In this document: positions 12,549 to 20,298 of the stretch, one piece after another
Layout of the letters: each line of letters starts with the position of its first letter
Numbering within the stretch: the stretch's first letter is position 1
DNA from: Nitrosotalea sinensis
GTDB taxonomy: Archaea; Thermoproteota; Nitrososphaeria; Nitrososphaerales; Nitrosopumilaceae
Reading direction: 5' to 3'
NCBI RefSeq assembly: GCF_900143675.1
Contig: NZ_FRFC01000003.1
Coordinates: forward strand, 576,523 to 608,522
DNA: 32,000 bases
Notes under the pieces: model-generated
Told to the model about the DNA's origin: nothing
What the model saw: only the letters and a program-made list of their open reading frames with translations
Databases searched by the model: none
Translations under genes and position numbers: made by a program

Positions 12549-12654
12549 TAAGGGGAGTGGATCTGTTTTAGATTTTCACATAGCATAAAGTCTGACAATT
12601 TGTATGCAAATCCGTTTATCTATTTTTATACTTGCTGTGATGAATTGGTAATCT

Positions 12655-13089
12655 GTGAAAAATGAAACATGTAACTTTCATGGTACAAGGATGACCATTC
12701 ATGTTATAACTGATGAAACTGATGGAATGTATTCTGTGATGTGTTTTGAACATCCTCCAAATGTTGGACCTGCACTGCACATGCATCCAAGAGGGTCTGA
12801 AAGTTTTCATATACTAGATGGACAATATCAATTTCTAATTGGAGATAAAACAATTGATGCAAAAAAAGGAGATACAATAACAGTGCCAAAAGGTGTGTCT
12901 CACAAATTCAATTCTGGTAAAGATGGTGGACAGTTTCTAGTAATCAGTCCTCCCGGGCTTGAAAATTATTTCTATGAACTAAGTCAATTACTCTCCAACG
13001 GGATTGTGGAATGGAATGTAGAATCTGAAATTGCAGGAAAATATGGACAAATTTTCTTGGAATCTTCAAATCATTGGACTAGTGCCTGA
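12655..13089 (+). CDS. Cupin-domain protein (cupin_2)
   Basis: GPALHMHPRGSESFHILDGQYQFLIGDKTIDAKKGDTITVPKGVSHKF matches cupin motifs 1 and 2 (HxH...E...H). GTG start. Confidence 0.8.
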   Translation: MKNETCNFHGTRMTIHVITDETDGMYSVMCFEHPPNVGPALHMHPRGSESFHILDGQYQFLIGDKTIDAKKGDTITVPKGVSHKFNSGKDGGQFLVISPPGLENYFYELSQLLSNGIVEWNVESEIAGKYGQIFLESSNHWTSA

Positions 13090-13160
13090 ACATAGAGTAT
13101 TGTACAGGACCGTATTTTCTTTATGTCTATTTTATATATGATACAAGATATGGTAAAACC

Positions 13161-13631
13161 ATGACAAAACCAATTCCTGATGGATATCATAGCATTACTC
13201 CGACTCTGACAATTAGGGATACATCTAGTGCTATAGAATTTTACAAAAAGGCGTTTGGTGCAACCGAAGTTTCCAGGTTCTTGGGACCTGATGGTAAGAC
13301 CATAATACACGCTGAAATCAAGATAGGTGATTCATTTGTAATGCTAGGTGAAGAAAATCCACAGATGGGCATGTTATCACCAAAATCAACAGGTAGTACA
13401 AGCAGTGGAATCTTTCTGTATGTAGATGACGTGGATGCGGTGTTTAACAAGGCTATTTCTGCTGGTGCCAAAGCCAAGATGCCAGTTACAGACATGTTCT
13501 GGGGAGATAGATTTGCATCTGTTGAAGATCCATATGGACACGCATGGGCTATTGCGACTCATAAAAAGGACATGACACATGAAGAGATAAAAAAAGCCGG
13601 AGAAGCATTCTTCAAAAACATGTGTAAATGA
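13161..13631 (+). CDS. VOC-superfamily protein (glyoxalase/bleomycin-resistance, PhnB-like)
   Basis: ITPTLTIRDTSSAIEFYKKAFGATEV...IIHAEIKIGDSFVML...MFWGDRFASVEDPYGHAWAIATH is the typical PhnB-like VOC pattern. Confidence 0.88.
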   Translation: MTKPIPDGYHSITPTLTIRDTSSAIEFYKKAFGATEVSRFLGPDGKTIIHAEIKIGDSFVMLGEENPQMGMLSPKSTGSTSSGIFLYVDDVDAVFNKAISAGAKAKMPVTDMFWGDRFASVEDPYGHAWAIATHKKDMTHEEIKKAGEAFFKNMCK

Positions 13632-13716
13632 TCTTTTGAAGATTATATGTCTTGTTAGATGTTAATTAAAAAAATAAAGTAAGAACATCTAGAACAAATA
13701 TTGGCATATTTTTCTC

Positions 13717-13956
13717 TTGTACATGGGAATTAGGACTCTGTCTGACTATGTCAAGTTCTATGTGGGGCTGAACATGCAAAGCAGCATTAGTCTGTCAAGT
13801 TTTGTATATAATGAAAAACTTGTACTAAAGAACAAACTAGACCAAGGCAAGGCAAAGCGAGAACATCTTGTAGAGGGACTCAAGATATTAGATGAACTCT
13901 TGCTTGAAATAAAAACAACCGGAGAAAAAGCAGTTTTAGAAAAATATTCAAAATAA
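13717..13956 (+). CDS. Hypothetical small protein (79 aa; may start at an internal Met)
   Basis: ORF with a helical K/E/L-rich C-terminal half (KAKREHLVEGLKILDELLLEIKTTGEKAVLEKYSK). No recognisable family. Confidence 0.35.
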   Translation: MYMGIRTLSDYVKFYVGLNMQSSISLSSFVYNEKLVLKNKLDQGKAKREHLVEGLKILDELLLEIKTTGEKAVLEKYSK

Positions 13957-14040
13957 ATCTGACACAATCATGACGCCAAAAACCACAAGTACTAAAATAT
14001 TTTCGTCTAGTCTTATATCTTTGAAACGCCATATTATATC

Positions 14041-14172
14041 ATGAAACAACAATTTTGCCATATATGTAAAGAAGGTGGTAGGCAATGTGTTGAAGCTGAC
14101 ACAAAACAACAAGTGTACATGGAAATGTTTCATGTAGTTTGCGCCAAATGTGGGCGACCACTTGTGGCATAA
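14041..14172 (+). CDS. Small zinc-ribbon protein (43 aa)
   Basis: Hand translation: MKQQFCHICKEGGRQCVEADTKQQVYMEMFHVVCAKCGRPLVA. The CxxC...CxxC knuckle pair is typical of a zinc ribbon. Below the ORF-track cut-off. Confidence 0.45.
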   Translation: MKQQFCHICKEGGRQCVEADTKQQVYMEMFHVVCAKCGRPLVA

Positions 14173-14346
14173 TCTTTCTCTTCCTTTTTGTCTGTGGTGT
14201 ATCTTGGATAATTCTACAAGAAAACATTGTTCTCATATATTCAGTAAATACATCCCATACTTGACAAACATCATAATTTTGTGCCTAAATGGTACATATT
14301 CTAATTGTGAAGAAAATCGTGCCTGCAAATAGTTGAAAAAAGATGT

Positions 14347-14379
14347 CTCTATGCCTATTTGAAATTGATAAGCATAGAG
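14347..14379 (-). terminator. Hairpin plus T6 (on the minus strand), terminator-like end of the transcript coming from the 14583-15074 gene
   Basis: ctctatgc / gcatagag forms an 8-bp stem with a 17-nt loop. On the minus strand it is followed 5 nt later by TTTTTT (14341-14336). Confidence 0.3.
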
Positions 14380-14582
14380 TGAGCGATAATATTGTTTAGC
14401 CGATTAAGTTGGGCTAGGGCCTGTAATCGCTCGGAAGTAAACTCTGACACTTGGTTTTCGTGTACGTTACAGTCTGTTTTAAAGATTAAATCCAATTTTT
14501 TCTAGCGTTTGATCAACTATAGTTTAACAACACATGATGATTATACCACTATGATTCCAACATAGATCTAGCGTGCATACGA

Positions 14583-15074
14583 TTAGATCTTTGATCTCTT
14601 GGAGATTGTAATCATCGCTACTATTGATATTACAATAATTAATCCTGCAAGTGGACCAAACTCTGGAATTGGTACATTTGCATCAAAGTCTGGCGCAATC
14701 TGTGCAAATTTTACAGGATCTTGTTGTTTTGCCACGTATAATCCCTGCAATACTTCTGGTTGTATCTTGGCAACTGAATCTGGATCTATGTTGATACTCT
14801 TAAGACACTGGTATGATATTCCTAAATTAGTCAACATCGGACTGGGATAAGTTGATTTTAAAAGAGTTGCAGCAATGTCTTCTGGTCTTTCCCCTGACCA
14901 GTACTTGTTTACTTGGTATACGAAATATGAATAATCTGATCTTGATGCTTGAATATCTGAACCATTGCAAGAATACTCTTTGGTTGTTGTATTGTATTGT
15001 GCAAATGCCTTTTCAGCAAGTATTGCAGGAGATAAAATCAAGACAGAAATTATCAGAATTGTTGCTAGTTTCAT
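14583..15074 (-). CDS. Secreted surface protein with PEFG-CTERM sorting signal
   Basis: Signal peptide MKLATILIISVLILSPAILAEKAFA. C-terminus PIPEFGPLAGLIIVISIVAMITISKRSKI: a PEFG motif, a hydrophobic helix and a basic tail. Confidence 0.8.
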   Translation of the reverse strand: MKLATILIISVLILSPAILAEKAFAQYNTTTKEYSCNGSDIQASRSDYSYFVYQVNKYWSGERPEDIAATLLKSTYPSPMLTNLGISYQCLKSINIDPDSVAKIQPEVLQGLYVAKQQDPVKFAQIAPDFDANVPIPEFGPLAGLIIVISIVAMITISKRSKI

Positions 15075-15118
15075 AAAATTTCACCCTTGTTTATGGATTA
15101 ATCTCTCTTTGGAATGCC

Positions 15119-15718
15119 TCATCTGCTTGACCCTAGCGCGTCAAGGCTAAATGCAGGCTTGCCGTCTGTGACAAAAATGATGTTAAGTGTGTCTCCTTGA
15201 ACAAGGGCTGTCTTTGATGTGTTGAAAACAGTCTTGTAGAGTGTGGTGTTTGAATCCCATTGTGGGCTAATCCACGCCTTGATTATCTTGACATCTGGGT
15301 TTAGCTGTGTTAGTGCGATATAGTTTGCATTTGCAAATCCCGTATCTGTTATGGTAACAAATGTAGTGTATTTTCCATCATTCATTGCAAATGTGCTAAC
15401 TTTGGTAATCTTTCCATTTGAGGTACCGTCAATCAGACTGCTGGTATCATATGAGGCACTCTTGATGTACTTGTCTTGTGCGGTATTTCCAAATGAATTT
15501 GTAAATTTCTGAATCTGGCTGAAAAACATGTTACTTACCCACTTGTTCCACTCTCCTAGCTTGCAAACATGATCACCACATACTTTGGTTCCTCCAAGAA
15601 AACTGTATGTACTGATGTTATCTCCAAAATCTGATCTTGGTGTTAGTGCATATGCAACTGGAGCCAACACTGCAAGTGATAGTATGCTTGTAATTGTTGC
15701 AACCATTATTGCTTTCAT
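15119..15718 (-). CDS. Secreted hypothetical protein (signal peptide, no C-terminal anchor)
   Basis: MKAIMVATITSILSLAVLAPVAYA signal peptide, followed by a T/S/N-rich, beta-rich mature region. Confidence 0.75.
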   Translation of the reverse strand: MKAIMVATITSILSLAVLAPVAYALTPRSDFGDNISTYSFLGGTKVCGDHVCKLGEWNKWVSNMFFSQIQKFTNSFGNTAQDKYIKSASYDTSSLIDGTSNGKITKVSTFAMNDGKYTTFVTITDTGFANANYIALTQLNPDVKIIKAWISPQWDSNTTLYKTVFNTSKTALVQGDTLNIIFVTDGKPAFSLDALGSSR

Positions 15719-15885
15719 TTGATGGCAGATTGCACGTTGATATCTAAATCAATTACTGAGGAAAAAGGCGCAAGTGTTTTATCTTGGAATATTTTCAGCA
15801 TGTAAAAATAATTTTTTATTCAAAAATTTGGGACTAGTAGAAATTATGAGAAACTCTAAAATAAAAAAAATGCTCAAACGGTATA

Positions 15886-17472
15886 TTGGGATATTCTAGA
15901 TACTATCTTGTTGCAATTTGTCTAGTCTCAGCCGTGACATTTTCTTTATCATTTGCAGAAATTCCTGTTGTCATTCCACTTGGTGCCGCAAATCAAAACA
16001 ATCCGTTTTCCTTGTCCCCTTCTACACTTGAAGTTCAAGTAAATGATACAGTCACATGGAAAAACCAGGACACTGCAGCACATACTGTAACTACCGGCAA
16101 GCCAGGACTTGGATTTGATGGAAGAATTGATAGTGGAATTATACCACCAGGCGGTACATTTTCGTACACTTTTACCAAGACTGGCCTGTACCAATACTAT
16201 TGTCTGTTTCATCCATGGATGACTGGATTTGTAAATGTCGGAACAAGCACTCCTGACATGCCAATTGGAATACTGGTGTCAACTGACAAGTCTGTGTATT
16301 CAAAGGGTGATGCCATACATGTATCAGGTCAGGTGTCGCAATTTATTGCAAACAAGCAGGTTACAGTCTGGGTCACAGACTCTAAAGGCACTGGAGTATC
16401 AATAGTTCATACAGAAACCAGGACTGGAAGGGACTTTGGAGTTGACATACCTGTAACTGCAGCCACCTGGATTCCTGGCAATAACTATACAATATACGCA
16501 CAATATGGTCCTGCAAGCTCTGTTGCAACAGCACTGGTCCAATACGAGCCAAGTTCTAACAACAATACTGTTCAAGATACGACAAGTGATGTCACACCTT
16601 CCAAGGACACATACATGTCATCATACAAAAAAGCAATTCCTGACTCTAATGGATATGTGACAGTTCAGACAGGGCGTCATGTATACACTTCGGATTCTCC
16701 TGTTATTGTATACGGCTCTATCTGGGATGGTGTGTTTGCCCAAGTTGGTGGAGGTGCATACCTGGCAACAGTTCCAATAAGTGATACCACAGGAAACACT
16801 GTGGCAGAGCTTGTTGATGTCACTATGACAGACATGAATGGAAATACGGTATCATCAAAACAAGTTCAAGTCTCAAGTGATGGAAGCTATGTCGCCCAAA
16901 TGAAAATTCCAATAGACTCTGATGGATTGTATCATGTACAAGCACAACTCAAGACAAAAGATGGATTGGTGCAAACTCTGGGTGGTGATGTCATATCAAA
17001 ACTTGGCTCTTCTACAAACTTTCTAGTTATCACACCTGATGCATTTCCGGTATCGACAAACTTGGGCAAGTATGATGTTGAGATATCAAGCAACTCTACT
17101 GTAACTGGTTTTACAGCAGATCTTGCACAGAAAAAGATCTCATTTAATGTCCAGGGAGAAAGCGGCACTCGTGGAACAACTGATGTTATAGTACCAAAAT
17201 ATGTTCTTGGTGGACAGATTCAAGTTTTAATTGACGGGATTGCACAGCCGTTTAATTCTGATGGTGTGATTGTTACATCTGATACTGCATCTGAGACTGG
17301 ATTTGAGATAAACTATCATCATAGTGTGCATACCATTGAGTTGGTGGGCTCTGATGCTGCAGAACCTCCTGTACAAGTCCAGGCAGTGCCAGAGTTTGGG
17401 CTTGCACCTGTAATTTTGGCATTATCTGTAGCAGGAATTATTGCAGTATCGTACAGGACTAAATTAGTATAA
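15886..17472 (+). CDS. Blue (type-1) copper protein: N-terminal plastocyanin-like cupredoxin domain, long beta-rich stalk, PEFG-CTERM anchor
   Basis: Signal peptide, then VQVNDTVTWKNQDTAAHTVTT...GLYQYYCLFHPWMTG (His...Cys-x2-His-x2-Met ligand set). C-terminus AVPEFGLAPVILALSVAGIIAVSYRTKLV. TTG is the only start available after the upstream stop. Confidence 0.88.
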   Translation: MGYSRYYLVAICLVSAVTFSLSFAEIPVVIPLGAANQNNPFSLSPSTLEVQVNDTVTWKNQDTAAHTVTTGKPGLGFDGRIDSGIIPPGGTFSYTFTKTGLYQYYCLFHPWMTGFVNVGTSTPDMPIGILVSTDKSVYSKGDAIHVSGQVSQFIANKQVTVWVTDSKGTGVSIVHTETRTGRDFGVDIPVTAATWIPGNNYTIYAQYGPASSVATALVQYEPSSNNNTVQDTTSDVTPSKDTYMSSYKKAIPDSNGYVTVQTGRHVYTSDSPVIVYGSIWDGVFAQVGGGAYLATVPISDTTGNTVAELVDVTMTDMNGNTVSSKQVQVSSDGSYVAQMKIPIDSDGLYHVQAQLKTKDGLVQTLGGDVISKLGSSTNFLVITPDAFPVSTNLGKYDVEISSNSTVTGFTADLAQKKISFNVQGESGTRGTTDVIVPKYVLGGQIQVLIDGIAQPFNSDGVIVTSDTASETGFEINYHHSVHTIELVGSDAAEPPVQVQAVPEFGLAPVILALSVAGIIAVSYRTKLV

Positions 17473-17515
17473 TTTGTGGAATCATCAATAATACGGACGA
17501 TGACGTAGTAATATC

Positions 17516-17653
17516 ATGCAAAAAATGCATATGTTCTGCAAAGGAACATGCTGGTTCTGCCAAACATCATGCAATCCATTCAAGTATACGCATGATGATT
17601 GTATCAGGGATTATTTTGCAAGGCCAAAACATTCGCGCATGATGAAAATCTAA
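17516..17653 (+). CDS. Possible small Cys-rich protein (45 aa)
   Basis: Hand translation: MQKMHMFCKGTCWFCQTSCNPFKYTHDDCIRDYFARPKHSRMMKI (C-x3-C-x2-C-x3-C plus a fifth Cys). Lies in the gap between two + strand genes. Coordinates +/- 1. Confidence 0.35.
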   Translation: MQKMHMFCKGTCWFCQTSCNPFKYTHDDCIRDYFARPKHSRMMKI

Positions 17654-17696
17654 CACTCTGGTACAAGTTCAAATATTTCAAAGTGCATTATATTGT

Positions 17697-18290
17697 ATGT
17701 TGCCAATATCTCGGCACGAGATGTATGGTAAGGCCAAAGCAGGCTCTGTAGCAGGAATTGCAGGCGGGATTGCATTACTTGCATCCTTTTTTGGAATAGA
17801 TTCTAGTCTGAATCTGCCGTCTGGAAGTTTTTACATGATGATAGGACTAGCAGTAGGACTACATGGAATTCCTGCAATTGTTTTTGGAAGCATTGTACAC
17901 ATGGGAACCGCTGCTCTCATAGGGGCAGTATTTTGCATGTGCTCTGCACTACATCCTGCACTGTATCTGCGCAACATCTGGAAGGGAGTATTTGCAGGAG
18001 GAATCACTGGGCTTGAGGTGTATGCAATATTTTTCATGCCTATCGCCTTGTATCTTATGATTCCTACACTTGGCGTCGCAACAGGCTCTACTGCATCGTC
18101 ACAGGAACTACTTGCAGTCTCCACACTCAAAGCGCATCTTGGTGTGATAATTTGGGGTGCTCTGGTACTGCATGTAATCTATGGTGTAGTAATGGGGTTT
18201 TTCTCTGGAATGATACTCCAAGAAGACTACAAGGGAGCAAGAAAGAAGAGCTTGTATGAACTCGAATCAGAATCTATGCCTGCAACATAG
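17697..18290 (+). CDS. Integral membrane protein, about 5 TM, Gly/Ala-rich helices, unknown function
   Basis: Repeated hydrophobic stretches (GIAGGIALLASFFGI, MMIGLAVGLHGIPAIVFGSIV, AALIGAVFCMCSAL, GLEVYAIFFMPIALYLMIPTL, VIIWGALVLHVIYGVVMGFF) and an acidic cytoplasmic tail. Confidence 0.75.
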   Translation: MLPISRHEMYGKAKAGSVAGIAGGIALLASFFGIDSSLNLPSGSFYMMIGLAVGLHGIPAIVFGSIVHMGTAALIGAVFCMCSALHPALYLRNIWKGVFAGGITGLEVYAIFFMPIALYLMIPTLGVATGSTASSQELLAVSTLKAHLGVIIWGALVLHVIYGVVMGFFSGMILQEDYKGARKKSLYELESESMPAT

Positions 18291-18315
18291 GTTCTCTTAA
18301 TTTTTTGTTGTGGTA

Positions 18316-18489
18316 TCATTCATCATATATCACAAGTGCTGGAAATACGCCTACATTGTCATGTCCTACAAAATATGTAAATTTTATGTCAATGACTTTT
18401 TTGTCAGATATTGATTTGTTGATGCAATCTTCAAGTAAGGTTTCATTTGATATTAATTCAATTCTCAATATGATATAATTTACTTTCAT
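18316..18489 (-). CDS. Small hypothetical protein (57 aa)
   Basis: Hand translation: MKVNYIILRIELISNETLLEDCINKSISDKKVIDIKFTYFVGHDNVGVFPALVIYDE. ATG start with protein-like composition. Below the ORF-track cut-off. Confidence 0.4.
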   Translation of the reverse strand: MKVNYIILRIELISNETLLEDCINKSISDKKVIDIKFTYFVGHDNVGVFPALVIYDE

Positions 18490-18548
18490 GATCGAAAAAG
18501 TTTCTTTGATGGTATGATGAACATTTTACAGAAAATTGTATTTTTGTT

Positions 18549-18851
18549 TTGTACCTGATGTCTGGATTTGTAAATATCCGTAAATATTATGATGCTGTAT
18601 ATGGTGCTATGGTTAGCTTGAGCAAGGCAGAACTGGCTGGCATCGTGGTGACAAGTGTCATGATTGCCATGATATGTACAAACTCGGCTTTTGCACAACA
18701 ACAACCCTGTGGGGAGCAGCCCTATGTGTACAACGTTGGATGTCTTCCACTAAATTCTGCGCAAATGTATGCTGCAGTCATAGTGGGAGGAATAATTGCG
18801 TTGGCTGTGGGATGCGGAGCATCAGGGATACGATATAGCACAATACCATAA
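18549..18851 (+). CDS. Small bitopic membrane/secreted protein; the likely real start is Met at 18609 (80 aa)
   Basis: From 18609: MVSLSKAELAGIVVTSVMIAMICTNSAFA/QQQPCGEQPYVYNVGCLP... (signal peptide), with a C-terminal TM MYAAVIVGGIIALAVGCGASGI. Confidence 0.5.
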   Translation: MYLMSGFVNIRKYYDAVYGAMVSLSKAELAGIVVTSVMIAMICTNSAFAQQQPCGEQPYVYNVGCLPLNSAQMYAAVIVGGIIALAVGCGASGIRYSTIP

Positions 18852-18920
18852 CTCCAGGCAAGTTCGGAGCATTTGAGGTATAGATCTCTAGTGGAAATCA
18901 TGATTGTTGTTTTTCTAAAA

Positions 18921-18980
18921 CTATGAAATGCCTCTCATTATTTACACACTACCTCTCATAGTTTACCCAATGCCTCTCAT
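18921..18980. repeat. Three direct repeats with exact 21-bp phasing, core CCTCTCAT (11-mer ATGCCTCTCAT in units 1 and 3)
   Basis: Cores lie at 18931-18938, 18952-18959 and 18973-18980. ATGCCTCTCAT lies at 18928-18938 and 18970-18980. Confidence 0.85.
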
Positions 18981-19118
18981 GATCATCTTTTTATTTCGTG
19001 GATGTGTATTATAGCCCGGATAGCAATCAATGGGAGATACATTGACGCGCCTATGCCGGATCAGTGGAAATGGTAGTCTGAGGATTACTTGGTACTCCCG
19101 TTCTGTTGCTATCTTTGT

Positions 19119-19472
19119 TTATTCCATTCTTTTGTAAATTGCCTTGAAATCTTCTGCAATAAGATATGCAGTATTTTCCATGTGCGTCATCTCTGTCATG
19201 TTTGATTTTCCTCTTGCAATCTGTCGTATCAAAGTCATGCATTTGTGAATCTGGTTGTGCTCAAGAGGGTCCTGGCCTGACATGGAATCAAAACAATCTA
19301 CAAAATCAAGGCAGAAATTCAGTACGATTACCTCCCAGTTTTCTGTGTTTACTGGATATCCTATGCCGTGTGCAAACAGTCTAAATTCATTGCTTCTGTC
19401 AATTAGGAGCATCTTGAGTGCTTGGTGGGCTTTTCGTAAATCATACTTGTTTAATGCACTAGAACCTTGCAT
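19119..19472 (-). CDS. Helical hypothetical protein, paralog of 26835-27176 (the ORF extends to 19511; Met at 19472 is favoured by alignment)
   Basis: ALKMLLIDRSNEFRLFAHGIGYPVNTENWEVIVLNFCLDFVDCF...HNQIHKCMTLIRQIARGKSNMTEMTHMENTAYLIAEDF aligns along its full length with the 113-aa protein at 26835-27176. Confidence 0.75.
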   Translation of the reverse strand: MQGSSALNKYDLRKAHQALKMLLIDRSNEFRLFAHGIGYPVNTENWEVIVLNFCLDFVDCFDSMSGQDPLEHNQIHKCMTLIRQIARGKSNMTEMTHMENTAYLIAEDFKAIYKRME

Positions 19473-19607
19473 GGGGATAGATACGTCAAAATTGTATTTT
19501 AAGTAGATCAAAGCCCCAGATTTTCTTCTTGTATTGTACTGTTGTACGAAAATATCTTTTGAAGTTTTGATCGTATCATTGAATATGTCTTGATAAAAAA
19601 TGGATTA

Positions 19608-19931
19608 CTAGATTGACTTGTTGCACTTGGGCAGCCTTCCATGTTCGTACTGGAATGCTGTGAGCTGTTTTTCTTCTTCTGCTTCTGGGAATAGTGTTTC
19701 ATGGTAACAAAATGATACTGCCCCCTTGATGCAAGAATCGTTTGTGTTCAAGTGCTCTTCTAGTATTTTTTTTATATTGTTTGCAGCACCAATGTATGTG
19801 GTCTCATGCTCAGAACCTAGAAAGTAAACTCCTGCCTTTTCTGGTGCCTTTGATATGGTGTCCTTGTTAAATGGAGCCCAGTCAGAGTATGACATGGCAT
19901 TGTTGTGTGATTCTGATGATTTAACAGCCAT
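19608..19931 (-). CDS. Small stand-alone GIY-YIG-like domain protein (the ORF extends to 19982)
   Basis: GVYFLGSEHETTYIGAANNIKKILEEHL gives GIY and YIG elements 10 residues apart. The downstream sequence EAEEEKQLTAFQYEHGRLPKCN fits the family's conserved Glu and Asn. The usual Arg after YIG is Lys here. Confidence 0.6.
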   Translation of the reverse strand: MAVKSSESHNNAMSYSDWAPFNKDTISKAPEKAGVYFLGSEHETTYIGAANNIKKILEEHLNTNDSCIKGAVSFCYHETLFPEAEEEKQLTAFQYEHGRLPKCNKSI

Positions 19932-20014
19932 GGTCAACGGTTTGCAACCATTGGTTTGTGGAAAAGATATCTGCCATACCATGTTATGTCAGTTTTATTA
20001 GTCACCGAGTGTAA

Positions 20015-20227
20015 TTGTATGGTATGAACATCTACGACAAAAAGTCTGTTCACTGTTCTAGATGTGACAGGTTCATAGGGGAGATTGATTGCGATGCAGT
20101 TGTGTTTTTGCCACAATGTGGCAAGTGCGCAAATCCAATGCCTGAAGGCGATGACAAGGTGCAATATATTGTGGGCAAGTTCAACAAAAATCCAAAAAAT
20201 CTTGTGCCCATCGATACCTTTGCCTAG
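20015..20227 (+). CDS. Small zinc-ribbon protein (70 aa)
   Basis: HCSRCDRFIGEIDCDAVVFLPQCGKCANPMPEG carries CxxC ... CxxC knuckles. Confidence 0.55.
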   Translation: MYGMNIYDKKSVHCSRCDRFIGEIDCDAVVFLPQCGKCANPMPEGDDKVQYIVGKFNKNPKNLVPIDTFA

Positions 20228-20298
20228 CCTTTTTTTGTTGTTTTTGTACCACCAAAATGTTACGATTTATTTCTCAGGTGAATTGACGTATGTATGAG

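Noticed and set aside
14340-14480. Structured segment considered as 5S rRNA, SRP RNA or a C/D-box sRNA
   Set aside because: It lacks the conserved 5S loop motifs, the SRP domain IV motifs, and correctly spaced C (RUGAUGA) / D (CUGA) boxes.
18921-18980. Three phased repeats considered as a CRISPR array
   Set aside because: There are only three units, the period is 21 bp with 8-11 bp cores (far too short for repeat plus spacer), and no cas genes are present.
19011-19100. tRNA-like beginning GCCCGGATAGC and a locally GC-rich segment
   Set aside because: I tried to fold both strands into a cloverleaf. There is no 7-bp acceptor stem, no D-stem pairing and no GTTCRANYC T-loop. It is not a tRNA. 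It is kept only as part of the odd intergenic region finding.
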